Positions 12,511 to 23,341 of a DNA stretch of 64,000 nt are shown here, one piece after another. Position 1 is the stretch's first letter, and every line of letters begins with the position of its first letter. The DNA is from Rebecca billardiae RCC1528 (lineage: Eukaryota; Protista; Haptophyta), in assembly GCA_965240325.2 (NCBI GenBank), contig OZ251226.1, positions 2,232,001 to 2,296,000 of the forward strand, read 5' to 3'. A program made the position numbers and the translations under genes. The notes below the pieces were generated by a model. The model saw only the letters and a program-made list of their open reading frames with translations, did not search any database and was not told the DNA's origin.

Positions 12511-13488
12511 ATGCAACAGGCCGCGGCGGGTGCGCCGGTCCATTTTAAGCTCAGCACTCGGGCCGAACAGCTGATCGATCACAAGGGGCGCAAGGGCAGC
12601 TGCCCACCGCTCGCGATGGGCGGGCCCATCGCAGATGAGGTGGTTCCCGACCACGATGACATCACGCCCGGTCGCCGCTGGCGCGGCTGGGACGACCGCG
12701 CAGCCTCCGTCGCGGCTCGCAAGCTCCTGGTGGTGGACACCAAGCTGTCATCGCCAAACACGCCCGACGACGACCCAACTAGTATGGCCATCCTCTGCGC
12801 CGAGCTGCACTCGGCGTACCGGCTGGAGCAGCAACGCGCGGCTGCCCTCGAGCGTCGCCTCCACGAGATGGAGATGAGGCTCCAAGATAGCGAGCGCATC
12901 GCCGAGCATGCACTCATGCTCGCGAACGGTGTTCTCAGTGCCGTGCACGCGTCACAATCGGGCAGGCCTTGCGACGAGCCCGGCGACAAGCCGCCAGTGC
13001 CGGCGCCGGCTTCGACTGCACCCGCAGCCCCAGAGGAGCCTGTCTATGAGCCGTTCGACCAGCCACGCGCCCCCGCTGGCGGCCGACGTCAGGTCGTCGG
13101 CGGCGTGAGCGTGATCCGGTGCGATACGTGCGGCTTCACCTGTGGGACCAAGGCGGCACTCGGCAAGCACATCGCGACAGCACACGGGCTGAAGCCCACG
13201 CCGCAGCGCACGCGTGGGCCGCCACCTGCCAGGTCTTCGGGCATGGGCGTCGCCGACCTCTCCAGGCCGCCGCTGCTGGCGTCGCACACCGCGCACGAGC
13301 CCAAGCGTGCCGAGCCGGAGCCCACGGCCGATCACGATGACGGAGACAGGGGTCCCGACGCGGGGTGGTACGAGGAGCCCTCGGTCGTCTGGCTGCGTGC
13401 GTGCGGCATCAACAACGCGGCACGAAACCGCCTCCGCCGCGACAGCGAGGGGAGCGAGCACGGCAGCGTCGACGCAGGCTACAGATGA
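12511..13488 (+). CDS. Hypothetical protein with a coiled coil and one C2H2 zinc finger
   Basis: CDTCGFTCGTKAALGKHIATAH; coiled coil RLEQQRAAALERRLHEMEMRLQDSER; intronless; start codon uncertain. Confidence 0.5.
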   Translation: MQQAAAGAPVHFKLSTRAEQLIDHKGRKGSCPPLAMGGPIADEVVPDHDDITPGRRWRGWDDRAASVAARKLLVVDTKLSSPNTPDDDPTSMAILCAELHSAYRLEQQRAAALERRLHEMEMRLQDSERIAEHALMLANGVLSAVHASQSGRPCDEPGDKPPVPAPASTAPAAPEEPVYEPFDQPRAPAGGRRQVVGGVSVIRCDTCGFTCGTKAALGKHIATAHGLKPTPQRTRGPPPARSSGMGVADLSRPPLLASHTAHEPKRAEPEPTADHDDGDRGPDAGWYEEPSVVWLRACGINNAARNRLRRDSEGSEHGSVDAGYR

Positions 13489-14162
13489 CATGAGCTGGCC
13501 TGTGCGCGGCGGCGCTCACAATCTCGCCGACCGCCCGCGTCGTCACGGCTCGCCACCTCGATGGGCTGCTGCGAACCTTCGGCGGCGATCGGTCGGTCTG
13601 AGGCCGATGGTGCGGCTGGGCGTTGCGGCGCACTCCGCCTGCGTGGCAGCGCCGGTGGTGCCGGCACTGGCGCAGCAATCTGAAGTTCAAACTTGCTTGT
13701 CAGACAACGGAATTTGTCACATGCGTCATGCAATCACCGATTCACCGAGAATACCGAGATGCCATCGACAGCCATCGTCCGAAGTCCGATCGGACATCGG
13801 AATTCATTGTCATTGATCCGACGGGGTAGTCTGACTGCGGACAGCCGGACAGGGTACCGTCCGACGATGGTCTCAGACTCAGTAACTGCCAGCCGACGAC
13901 GATGCCCACGGCTGCCACGCCGAGTACGGTCGCCACCGGCCGCCGCGGCCTGGCCAGCCGCGTCGAATGACGATTGCGGCCGGGCCCGCGGGCCTAGCTG
14001 ATAGTGATACAGTGATAAGCTGAGGCGCCGCGTCGGATCATGGGGCGCAGGCAGCCGCCGCCGCCAGCACTGCTGAGCAGTCGATGCTGGCGCGTGACCC
14101 ACGCTGGCAGGGTCATCGAGCGACCCATCCCCGCGCCCCTCGACCCATCAGCCTGCTGAGGG

Positions 14163-14750
14163 CTAGGACGCTGTTGGGGTCATAAGTGCGCTTTGCGAAG
14201 GCGTCGTGTGGAGGCCAACCGCCTGCGCGCCGACGATGGCGCAGTGTTCGTCTTCGTCCGCTGCCGAGCCCGAGACACCAATCGCACCGAGGACGGCGCT
14301 CGTGGCTGGATCAGAGCAGAGCACACCACCAGGCACCGCGGCGATGGGCTGCTCGGCCTCCGTCCCAATGACCGTCATCGCCACCAATTGAGCGAGCCGA
14401 TCTGGCAAGTACTTTTCCTTGAGTGCTCGGCTGCTCGGGAGACGTGTGGCAATGCACGCCATTGCCTTGGCATGGGCGAGCTTTTGTGGCAGCGGGGGGC
14501 AATCCAGCATCGTCTTCGAGACCAGCGTGCGCCCAGCGGCGTCGAGCACGAAGACGGAGATGTCGCTGAAGCCCTTCGACCGCGCTTCGCGCACCGCTGC
14601 GCTCGCCATCTCGTCCGCCGCCTCCAGCGTGAGCATGGGCCGTCCTGGAGCAACCCAGCACGCCTTACCGTCCGCGTCGGCCGAAGCTCTGCCCATGCCG
14701 GTAGCCGCCCACAGCATCAGAGCCCATCGAGCGGCACGCGACGCTTGCAT
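14163..14750 (-). CDS. GlcG/HbpS family heme-binding protein with N-terminal signal peptide
   Basis: LTLEAADEMASAAV...ISVFVLDAAGR...LAHAKA...VPGGV...LGAIGVSG..ADEDEHCA. Confidence 0.88.
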   Translation of the reverse strand: MQASRAARWALMLWAATGMGRASADADGKACWVAPGRPMLTLEAADEMASAAVREARSKGFSDISVFVLDAAGRTLVSKTMLDCPPLPQKLAHAKAMACIATRLPSSRALKEKYLPDRLAQLVAMTVIGTEAEQPIAAVPGGVLCSDPATSAVLGAIGVSGSAADEDEHCAIVGAQAVGLHTTPSQSALMTPTAS

Positions 14751-15002
14751 CGCCGAGGCGGCCGCGGGCGGGTTGATGAGCTCCGACTACCAACAAGGTC
14801 GTTCGCCCAAAGTTCTATTCTGAATTCTCAATTCCTCTGCTGCTCACGAACGTAGATTCGTCAACAACTACTGCAACCGAAAGTCCGAAACCGTTCGTGA
14901 TGTGATGCAATCTGCGCGCCCGATCTCGGCAGCTCGCACGGTCGCCCCCGTCGGCAGCCCGCACGCAATCACGCGCGGAGGCCGCGCGCAGACGGCACCA
15001 GC

Positions 15003-16357
15003 ATGATGGCTTTTGTCGCCCTCCTCGTCGCGCCGGCGCTCCTTCTCCCGCCGCTGCGCGGGCCAGCGGTCGCGCCTCGCCACGCCCTCGCTTCGCCCTT
15101 GGGCCTGGGGCGCGCGCGTCTGCACGGCGCACGCGCCGCGCGCATGGATGATGAGCCCGCGTCCGAGGCGAAGGCGCTCTCCCCACTTGACACGACGCCG
15201 CGCTTCGACGAGATTGCCAAGGGCGCCGCGAGCGACAGCTCTGCCGCCCTCGCGCTCGGCCGTGAGCCGGGCACGTGTGACCCGTACGACCCCAAGTCGG
15301 CGGAGTACTGCATGGCCGAAACGGACGAGGCGGGTGGCCTGCAGCGCACGCTCAGGCTCGGCGTTCTCTTCACGCTGTGGTACGCGCTGAACACGGCGTA
15401 CAACATCGGGAACAAGCTCGTCCTTACCGCCTTCCCGATGCCGTGGACCGCGGCCACGTGGGAGCTCTTCTTCGGCTTCCCGTACGTGTTCTTCCTGTGG
15501 ACGACCGGCCTGCGCAAGCGGCCCAAGCTCTCGCTCAAGAGCGCGGCGCTGCTCGCACCATCCGGCGTGCTGCTCGCGGGGACGCACGTCGGCGGCGTGA
15601 TCTCGTTCGGCCTCGGCGCCATCTCGTTCACGCACGTGCTCAAGGCGACCGAGCCCGTATGGTCGGCGCTCATCTCGGCGGTGTGCTTCCGCGAGTTCTT
15701 GCCGCTGCCCGTGTACGCGTCGCTGGTGCCCATCATCGTCGGCGTCGGGCTCGCCTCGCTGAAGGAGCTCACGTTCTCGTGGTACAGCTTCGTCGCGGGT
15801 ACGATGAGCGCCGTCACCTCCGCCGGGAAGGCGATCCTCTCGAAGAAGGTGCTCGACGGCAAGCCGCTCGGCGAGAACCTCACGCCGGCCAACATGTTTG
15901 CGATCCTCTCCATCATCGGCTTCATCGCGATCGCTCCGGTCGCGCTGCTGCTCGAGCCGCCGAAGGCGGCCGCGGCGGCGTGGAACGCGGCGCTCGCCAA
16001 CGGGTACACCAACCTGCGGCTGCTCACGCTCATGAGCGTGTCGGGCTTCCTGTATTACATCTACAACGAGGTGAGGAGGCGGCCGTGCGTGCGACGTGCG
16101 CGCGCCCTCGCCGTGCATGCATGTGCTCACACGGCTTGCGCCACTCGCGTACGCCAAACCCCCAGGTGGCATTCCTCGCGCTCGCCGAGGTCGCTCCCGT
16201 GACGCATGCCGTCACCAACACGGTCAAGCGCGTCGTGATCATCCTCGCGTCAATCATCGTCTTCAAGACGACAATCACGCCGCTCGGCGCGGTCGGCTCG
16301 GGCGTGACTATCCTTGGCGCACTGCTGTACGCGCTCGCCAAGAACAAGTACAAGTGA
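15003..16357 (+). CDS. Plastid triose-phosphate/phosphate translocator family protein
   Basis: Bipartite presequence; WYALNTAYNIGNK, ISFTHVLKATEPVW, YYIYNE|VAFLAL (intron 16071-16165), VTHAVTNTVKRVVII. Confidence 0.93.
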
Positions 16358-16871
16358 ACGCGGGCCCAGCGAACGACGCCCCCCGGGTGGCACCAGGACA
16401 TCTGGTCGTCGTCGGCGTCGCTGCACGGAGCGCCGTCCATGGCAAATGACGCCGGGCCGTTCGCACCCGGCTCGGCCGATCAGGGCCGGGCTGGGTGCGT
16501 GGTTTTTTAAGATTAACGGAATCCGGATGCGCAGCGGTCCTTCGCCCTTCGCAACCGGTTCGCCCTTCGGAGATGCGAGGAATTAAAAGCCGCTATTTGC
16601 TGAGAAGATTTTCGTAGTCGTCGATTTTGACTTTTCCGGCCCCGCCCAATGCGCGCGAAACCGCGTAGCGAACACGCGCGACGAGGGCTGTGATTGGCTA
16701 ACAACCCTTCTGCCCTGCGCCGATACTGCTAAACAGGCCAACGCACGTGCCCGCGCAGTGTCCGGCAAGTTCAGCGGGGGAATCCGACGCGCATCGCATC
16801 TTAGCTTCGCTGTCTTCGGCCGCCGCGTCGTTGTCTCGCGCCTGCTGCACGCTCGCTCTCTCGACGCACTC

Positions 16872-18191
16872 ATGTGCCCGCAGCAACCCGAGGCGCTGAT
16901 GACACCGACGGCGGGCCAGGCGGCGGAGGTGGATTCGAACAAAATCACGCTGCAGGACATCCGACGCGCCATCCCCACCGAGTGCTTTGTCAAGTCGACG
17001 GCGCACTCGTTGTGGTACCTCGTGCGCGACTGCGCGATCCTCGCGACCGCCCCGCTCGCATACCCGCTCGTGGCGGCATCGGGCAACCCGCTGCTGTATA
17101 TGGCGTACTGGAACTTTTACGGCTTCTTCATGTGGTGCCTCTTCGTCGTGGGCCACGATTGCGGCCACACCACGTTCAGCCCGAACAAGCTGCTGAACGA
17201 CGTGGTCGGGTGCGCACGCGCGCGCGCGCACGCACCGCGCTGCGCTCGCCGTGGCGCGGCACTTGGGGGCATCGCTGACGCGCGTGCCGGCCTGTCGCGC
17301 CCGCTGCCTCGCGCCCGCAGGCACATCGCGCACGCGCCGCTGCTCGTGCCCTTCTACCCGTGGGCGATGTCGCACCGCCGGCACCACATGTACCACAACC
17401 ACCAGAAGAAGGACGCGAGCCACCCGTGGTTCACCAAGGCGTCGCTCAAGAAGCTGCCGGGCTTCACGCAGTCCTTCCTCAAGTCGCCGCTCGCCCCGTT
17501 CCTCGCGTACCCCATCTACCTCTTCGAGGGCTCCTTCGACGGCTCGCACGTCAACCCGCTCTCGAAGCTGTACCGCGGCTCGTCGATGCGGTCAAAGCTC
17601 GAGTGCGTGGTCTCGGCGCTCTCGGTCGGCGCGTTCTTCGCGGGGATGTACGCGGCGTGCGGGTACTCGGCGCGCACGATGGCCCTGGCGTACGGCGGCT
17701 GCTACTTCTGCTTCTCGTTCTGGCTCTTCATGGTCACCTTCCTGCAGCACCACGACCACGGCACGCTCGTGTACGACGACTCGGACTGGTCCTTCCTCAA
17801 GGGCGCGTTTGAGACGGTCGACCGCGTGTACGGCTTCGGCCTCGACCAGCTGCAACACCACATCTCGGACGGGCACGTGGTGCACCACCTCTTCTTCACG
17901 CAGGTGCCGCACTACAACTTGCCAAAGGTGCGCGCCGCCGCCGGCCGCCCACGCGGATCGCGCTCGCGCGCCCGTGCTCGCTGGGCTGCGGCTGGCTGCC
18001 CGCTGACCGCGCCCCGCCCCGCGCATGCGCTCATGTGCCCGCCGCAGGCGACCGAGGCTGTCGCACCGCTGCTCAAGAAGGCGGGCGTGTACAAGAAGGT
18101 CACGCACGACAACTACTTGCGCGACTTCTGGAACACCTTCACGACCTGCAACTTCACGGGCTGGAAGTGGGCCAACGGCAAGGCCAACTAG
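16872..18191 (+). CDS. Methyl-end (omega-3/omega-6 type) fatty acid desaturase
   Basis: His boxes HDCGH, HRRHH, HVVHH; LQDIRRAIPTECF; introns 17210-17320 and 17928-18047. Confidence 0.93.
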   Translation: MCPQQPEALMTPTAGQAAEVDSNKITLQDIRRAIPTECFVKSTAHSLWYLVRDCAILATAPLAYPLVAASGNPLLYMAYWNFYGFFMWCLFVVGHDCGHTTFSPNKLLNDVVGCARARAHAPRCARRGAALGGIADARAGLSRPLPRARRHIAHAPLLVPFYPWAMSHRRHHMYHNHQKKDASHPWFTKASLKKLPGFTQSFLKSPLAPFLAYPIYLFEGSFDGSHVNPLSKLYRGSSMRSKLECVVSALSVGAFFAGMYAACGYSARTMALAYGGCYFCFSFWLFMVTFLQHHDHGTLVYDDSDWSFLKGAFETVDRVYGFGLDQLQHHISDGHVVHHLFFTQVPHYNLPKVRAAAGRPRGSRSRARARWAAAGCPLTAPRPAHALMCPPQATEAVAPLLKKAGVYKKVTHDNYLRDFWNTFTTCNFTGWKWANGKAN

Positions 18192-18936
18192 ATCTCGCAG
18201 CGGCGCGCGCGCGCGCGCTGCGGCTGCGGCACGGTGGCGCAGCAGCGCATTTGTTTGCTGGGCGACGCACCCGCGACCGCGCCATCGCCTGGCTCGCAAA
18301 CGCGGCCAGATGAGGGCGCTGTCTGACTGCCACTCACCCAGGCCTTCTGTACACGGCCGCGCCAGTGCGGCCACACTCGCTTGCTCCGACAAGGACTGAA
18401 GCGGAGTCGCGTCGGGCGGCGGGCGCTGCGGCGGGCCACTCAACGGCGCCGGCGGTGACGTCGTGTGAGCGGCCGCGCCCGGCCGCACGGAACTGTCAGG
18501 ACCTCAGTTATGGCACTGCAGCGGTCCTGCGGGGCTGCTGAACTCTTGGGCCGGGCAGCGCATCTCACTGACGTCTCGGACTCCGGTCTCTGGCTCTGCT
18601 TGATGCGCTGCCACACTAGTCTCGGAGAGTCACCGGGGACGGATCAATCATCCGTCGTCGGCCATCTACACTCCGATGACCTGCCGCCCTGCGAGACACT
18701 GCGCACGACGTGATCGCGTTCGATGAATAAAAGACAGTGACGCGATGATCGATTAAAATAAATGATTGTATAGCGTTGCGCCTGCTGGCCTTTTTGGACT
18801 TGGGCACTGTCTCGGTGTCTCTTGGTTTGACTCAGCAAACGAGCAACGGCTGCAGCACTGTCTCCACCGAGGTGCATCAGGAATGCTCAGTTGCTTGGAT
18901 TCAAGTAGCAAAAATGTACTGCCGCTGTCAGCCTCA

Positions 18937-19009
18937 TCCCGCGTAACTCAGTTGGTAGAGTGCTCGACCCTTAATCGATAAGCCATGGGTTCGAGCCCCA
19001 TCGTGGGAA
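18937..19009 (+). tRNA. tRNA-Lys (anticodon CTT), atypical
   Basis: 73-nt cloverleaf: acceptor TCCCGCG/CGTGGGA, D stem ACTC/GAGT, anticodon stem TCGA/TCGA with loop CC-CTT-AA, T arm ATGGG-TTCGAGC-CCCAT; TTTT just downstream. Confidence 0.8.
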
Positions 19010-19519
19010 TCCTTTTGCGAAATCTCCTCATCTCTGCGCGCCCGCTTCTTCATCCACGGTATGCCGGCCTCGCCGTGGCCTCCGTCGGCGCCTTTTGCAA
19101 GTGCCTCGGGTGGTCATAACTCATATCACGCGCGTGGGCGATCGCGGCGGACACTGCCGGCATGCGGCTGAGCCGCTGGAGGGAAGCCGCCAGTCGATGC
19201 ACGCGAGCCATTGCGCCAGCCTGAGTCACGGCGGACGGCAGGCGCGGCAGTCGGACCGGCGCCACTGGCGCCGACCCGGCGCGGCCCGCGCGGCGGGCCC
19301 TGGGACGGCCCGGTGATCCCGGATATGATGTCCGACAAGGGCGGGGCCGGGCCCGAGTCAACTGAAAAGTAGCTCATTGACTTCGTCAGCAATGGCCGGT
19401 TCACAGACTCCACAGTGCTGCAGCGCCACCGACCGGCACAGCCGCAATTGACCGACCTGGACAGGAATGCCGCCGCCCACCCGACGCCGACGGCCGGCGT
19501 GCCAGCGGTCAGCTAGCTA

Positions 19520-19745
19520 CAGTTTACTAAGAATAAGAGACGCACACACGGCGCAGGCTGTCAGGCCAGGCGAGATTAACGCCCGCCAACTGTCACCGCC
19601 GGACCGCCCACAGTGAAGCCGTCGCCGGATCAGGTAGCCGGAAGATTCGTTCAGCCGACCGCCTGCGAGGCCTGGATGAGGGCTGCGGCCGCCGACAGTA
19701 CTGGCGCCTGCCTGAGCTGTGTGCGTCTCCTTTCTTATGATAGTT
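19520..19745. mobile_element. Tc1/mariner-type MITE
   Basis: TA|CAGTTTACTAAGAATAAGAGACGCACACA... at the left, degenerate inverted copy at 19705-19745; homologous to 22148-22417 on the opposite strand. Confidence 0.65.
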
Positions 19746-19994
19746 TCTCAGCTTCCGCTCGGCGATGGAGTGATGGGCGACTACGAGGGGGGGGGGACGA
19801 CGGCGAGGAGCGCTGATCCTGGTGTTTGTCTCTGCTGCTCGATCTGCTGCTAGATACAGCTTGCTGACTCCAAGGGACGGACCTCCCTTGCTGACTCTTT
19901 AAACTGATGTACAAACTTGTGGTGGCAGCTCTTTGCGTTCGATTTTTGAGCGCCGCCGCTGCCGCCGCGCACTGGTCGTTCGCACCTGTCCAGT

Positions 19995-21734
19995 ATGATG
20001 GCCCTGCGCGACAAGAAGCCGGCGCCGGCGGTGCAGCGCGACGCGTCGAGCGGCCGCCGGACGCGCGAGGGCTCGATATTCGACGACGGCGTGGGCGACG
20101 CGCTCATCGACTCGCCGTCGCTCGCCGCCTCGCCGCTCGCTCGCTACTCGCGCATCCTCAATTTCACCACGTACGCGTGCGGCCACTTCGCGCCGCGCAC
20201 GACGGCGGGCAAGATCGGGCGCGTGTGTTCGCGCGGGCTAACCGTGTCGTGGTGCGTTGTGGCGATTATACTCTCTCTCATAGATGATCACTTCGCCAAC
20301 CTCCTGACGGATCCCGCCTTCATGTACGTCGGGTCGGTGGTGATCGTCTCCTTCCTCGTTCTCGCCATGATCGCTGCGGATCGTGAGCGCGAGCCGCACG
20401 TCAGCGCCGTGCTCGAGCTGGAGTTGCGCGACACCCCTCCCAACAGCCTGGCGCGCGACCTCAAGGTCGGCTCGTTTGCCCTCGTGGTCACGCTGGCCCA
20501 GGCGTACTACGCCGCGTTTGCGCCGCACGAGCCCAACGAGGCGGCGACTGAGATGCTCGGCGAGCGCGGCGCGCGCGCGGCACTCGGCGTGATACTCGCG
20601 CTGCTGACGTTGGCGTCGATCAGCGCGATCCTGGGCGTGCAGGACTGCGTCCTGCGCATCGGCTGGTGGATGTCCGCCTCGACCGCCGCCATCGTGCGCT
20701 TCGAGGAGGCGGTACTCGCCGAGGCGGCGCTGGCGCGCGCGCTCGAGCCTGCGGGCACTCCGCGCGACGCTGCGCTGGCAGCGGCGCGCGCAGAGGATGG
20801 AAACACGCGCGCGGCGCAGGCGGGCATTATGTCGGACACGCTGAAGCGCTCGATCGCGAACCGCCCGCGCCCGCGCGCCGCGCCGCCGCCGCCGCCGCCG
20901 CCGCCCGCCGAGCCCGCCGCCGCCGCCGCCGCCGAGATGAGCGCAGCCGAGCAGGACGCCACGGCGCGCGGCGCGGCGCACAGAATGGAAGACGCCTTCG
21001 AAGCCGTGGAGGGGGTCGTGGAGGAGATGAACCGGACGTACGAGGCGTCGGCGTCGGCGCTGTTCATTCTGGGCGTGTGCCAGGCGGTGATCATGACGCG
21101 CGCCGCCGCGCGCTCCGACATCGCGTACGAGCGCGCCGTCCTCGCCTCGTGGGCGCTGTTTGTAGGCATGCTCGCGCTCGGCGTGGCCGTGTGGACGTCC
21201 CGCGTCGGCGACACGTTCGTGCACGCGCGCGCGCGCATCCAGTCGCCCACGGCGATGCTGCGGCTGGTGCGGCTGCTGCGCAAGGAGCGCTTCGACGTGT
21301 TCAACGCCGGCCTCGAGCGCGCGCACGTCGGCTTTCAGATCGCCAACCTGACGATGACGACGGCGACGGTCGCACGCTTTGTGTTTGGCATCGCGCTGAC
21401 CGTCGGCGTGACGGTGCTGCACGCGCAGCACGAGGAGCACCGCGAGCACATGATCGCCGAGGAGATGGTGCACGGGCTGCACGAGATCGAGCTGGAGGCC
21501 GAGCACCACCACCACGAGCACGCCGCCGCCGCTGCCGGGGCGGAGGCAGGCGCGGGGGGGGCGCATGGCAGTGGCGGCGATGCGCACGGCGGCGGCGGCG
21601 GCGCGGCGGCCGTAGCTGGGACAGCAGCAGCGGCCGCGGTCGCTGACGCGGTCGCTGACGCGGCGCCGGCAGCGAGCCACCACCTGCGGCGCCTGCTCGC
21701 GCGGACGGCCCTCCCGTCGGCCGGCCGACGGTGA
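19995..21734 (+). CDS. 7-TM protein resembling the gustatory-receptor-like (GRL/7TMIC) family, with His-rich C-tail
   Basis: Seven hydrophobic segments, a long loop between TM4 and TM5, terminal GFQIANLTMTTATVARFVFGIALTVGVTVL, then HAQHEEHREH...EHHHHEH. Intronless, 579 aa. Confidence 0.6.
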   Translation: MMALRDKKPAPAVQRDASSGRRTREGSIFDDGVGDALIDSPSLAASPLARYSRILNFTTYACGHFAPRTTAGKIGRVCSRGLTVSWCVVAIILSLIDDHFANLLTDPAFMYVGSVVIVSFLVLAMIAADREREPHVSAVLELELRDTPPNSLARDLKVGSFALVVTLAQAYYAAFAPHEPNEAATEMLGERGARAALGVILALLTLASISAILGVQDCVLRIGWWMSASTAAIVRFEEAVLAEAALARALEPAGTPRDAALAAARAEDGNTRAAQAGIMSDTLKRSIANRPRPRAAPPPPPPPPAEPAAAAAAEMSAAEQDATARGAAHRMEDAFEAVEGVVEEMNRTYEASASALFILGVCQAVIMTRAAARSDIAYERAVLASWALFVGMLALGVAVWTSRVGDTFVHARARIQSPTAMLRLVRLLRKERFDVFNAGLERAHVGFQIANLTMTTATVARFVFGIALTVGVTVLHAQHEEHREHMIAEEMVHGLHEIELEAEHHHHEHAAAAAGAEAGAGGAHGSGGDAHGGGGGAAAVAGTAAAAAVADAVADAAPAASHHLRRLLARTALPSAGRR

Positions 21735-22147
21735 CCAGCGCCTCGCCGTGGCTGAGCCTTGCATGCGAGTTGGCAGTTGCACGGCGGCCCGAGCCCGCCG
21801 AGGCCTACTGAGTGAGGAGCTTGGCGCCCGAGTGCGCGGTGGCTTGGACTCAGACAGCCGATGCCAGTGCGTTGCGCCAGTTGGAGTCATCGTCGGCTTC
21901 GGTGCTATGTCGCGACGCGAGTGGGGTGGCCGGTTATTGGCACCGGCGCCGGCCGGCCGGAGCCAAGGGCGGTAGGTCTCTCTTCGGAGAGCGTGCGATG
22001 CGATCAAGGGCCGATGAAGGATGGCGCGGCGACCTGCCACCGGCACCGTGAGCCTCAACTAATCAACGCACGTTAAAACAAATAAACTGTACAGTGTACT
22101 CCGCCCGACTCGTGACTCGGCGCCATTTGGCGGGCGGAGGTGATACT

Positions 22148-22417
22148 GAGTTGGCGGGCGTCAATTAACCGGGCGTCGATCTCGCCTGCCTGAGCTGTGT
22201 GCGTAGTCTGGCGTATTCTTAGTAAACTGTGTATTACTTACTAACGCGCGCCGCGAGGCGGCCGCAGCCCTCATCCAGGCCCTCGCAGGCGGACGGCTGA
22301 ACGAATTTTTCCGGCGGCGCTACCATGACCATCGGCGACGGCTTCATGGGCGGTGACAGTTGGCGGGCGTCAATCTCGCCTGCCTGAGCTGTGTGCGTCT
22401 CTTATTCTTAGTAAACT
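22148..22417. mobile_element. Two tandem right-end copies of the same Tc1/mariner-type MITE
   Basis: ...CGCCTGCCTGAGCTGTGTGCGT...TTCTTAGTAAACT(G) ends at ~22229 and at 22417; 22258-22417 is the reverse complement of 19521-19693 apart from indels. Confidence 0.7.
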
Positions 22418-22861
22418 AATTCTATGCATGATTTAAAGACACAGGCACGAGGGCGCAGCTCTCCTGATTCGTCTGTCGAAGTACTGAATGGAGTTCATAA
22501 CCGATGCTGATCACACGGTCACTGAGGTAGTAGGCGCCCGGGGATGCCGCTGTTTTTGCAGTCGTCGTCGGCCTTGGTCATCATGTAGTTGCCCTCGTCG
22601 TCGTCCGAGGCTGTTCAAGTTGATGCCGTAGTGCAGGTAGTGGATGTGGTCGCCCGGGCCGGTGTGCGCGGCCTAGTGGCCTTGCCGAGTGTACCAAGGG
22701 GGCCGCCGTGACTGTACGGTTTTTCACATTGAACCCCCTTTAGTCCTTCCGCAAGTTTTGCGCGAGAATTATAAAGTCCGGGCGGCCGGCCCGCCGCCGC
22801 GATCGCCGCCGCGAAGTCGTGCCGACGGCCGACTGTGACGCGGCCTGCGGATCTCCACACC

Positions 22862-23341
22862 ATGGCGGGCTTGGTGCGCGCGCCCTGGCGGCTGCAGGAC
22901 GCGCGCTGAAGGTGGATGTGAGGCATCTGGCCAGCCAATGGCGCATGCACGCCACCAACCCACACCGGCTCAGCTGCACATCCCCCGCTGCGCGCGCGGC
23001 TGTGTGCGCGTGTGTGAATTCTTTGCGTTCGCCCGCACCAGCTCCATGACCTGAAAGACTGGAACCTCGACAACGACAGTAATGAGCTCGGCAGCTCTGA
23101 GGACGGTCCGGACAAGAGCGGCATGTTCCACGAGTACCAGGACGGCTTTTGCGCCGAGGCGCAGGTCAGCCCATCGGTTTTTGCAGATGACGTCTACCAG
23201 TACGTTGTCACCAACATGGGTGGCTCGTCGCAGCCGGGTCCGTGCTCGTCGGATCCGCAGTGGGACAAGAAGAAGTACTCGTATAACAAGCTCGATAAGA
23301 TCCAGATTAAGGTCACCGCGTACGAGGCGCAAGAGAAATAA
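22862..23341 (+). pseudogene. Small acidic protein gene, apparently frameshifted in exon 1
   Basis: TATAAA at ~22770; a GTGAGG...CACCAG intron (22918-23041) joins LKVD|LHDLKDW...AQEK*, and exon 2 has coding-like codon usage. ATG 22862 is out of frame with that exon end. Confidence 0.35.
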
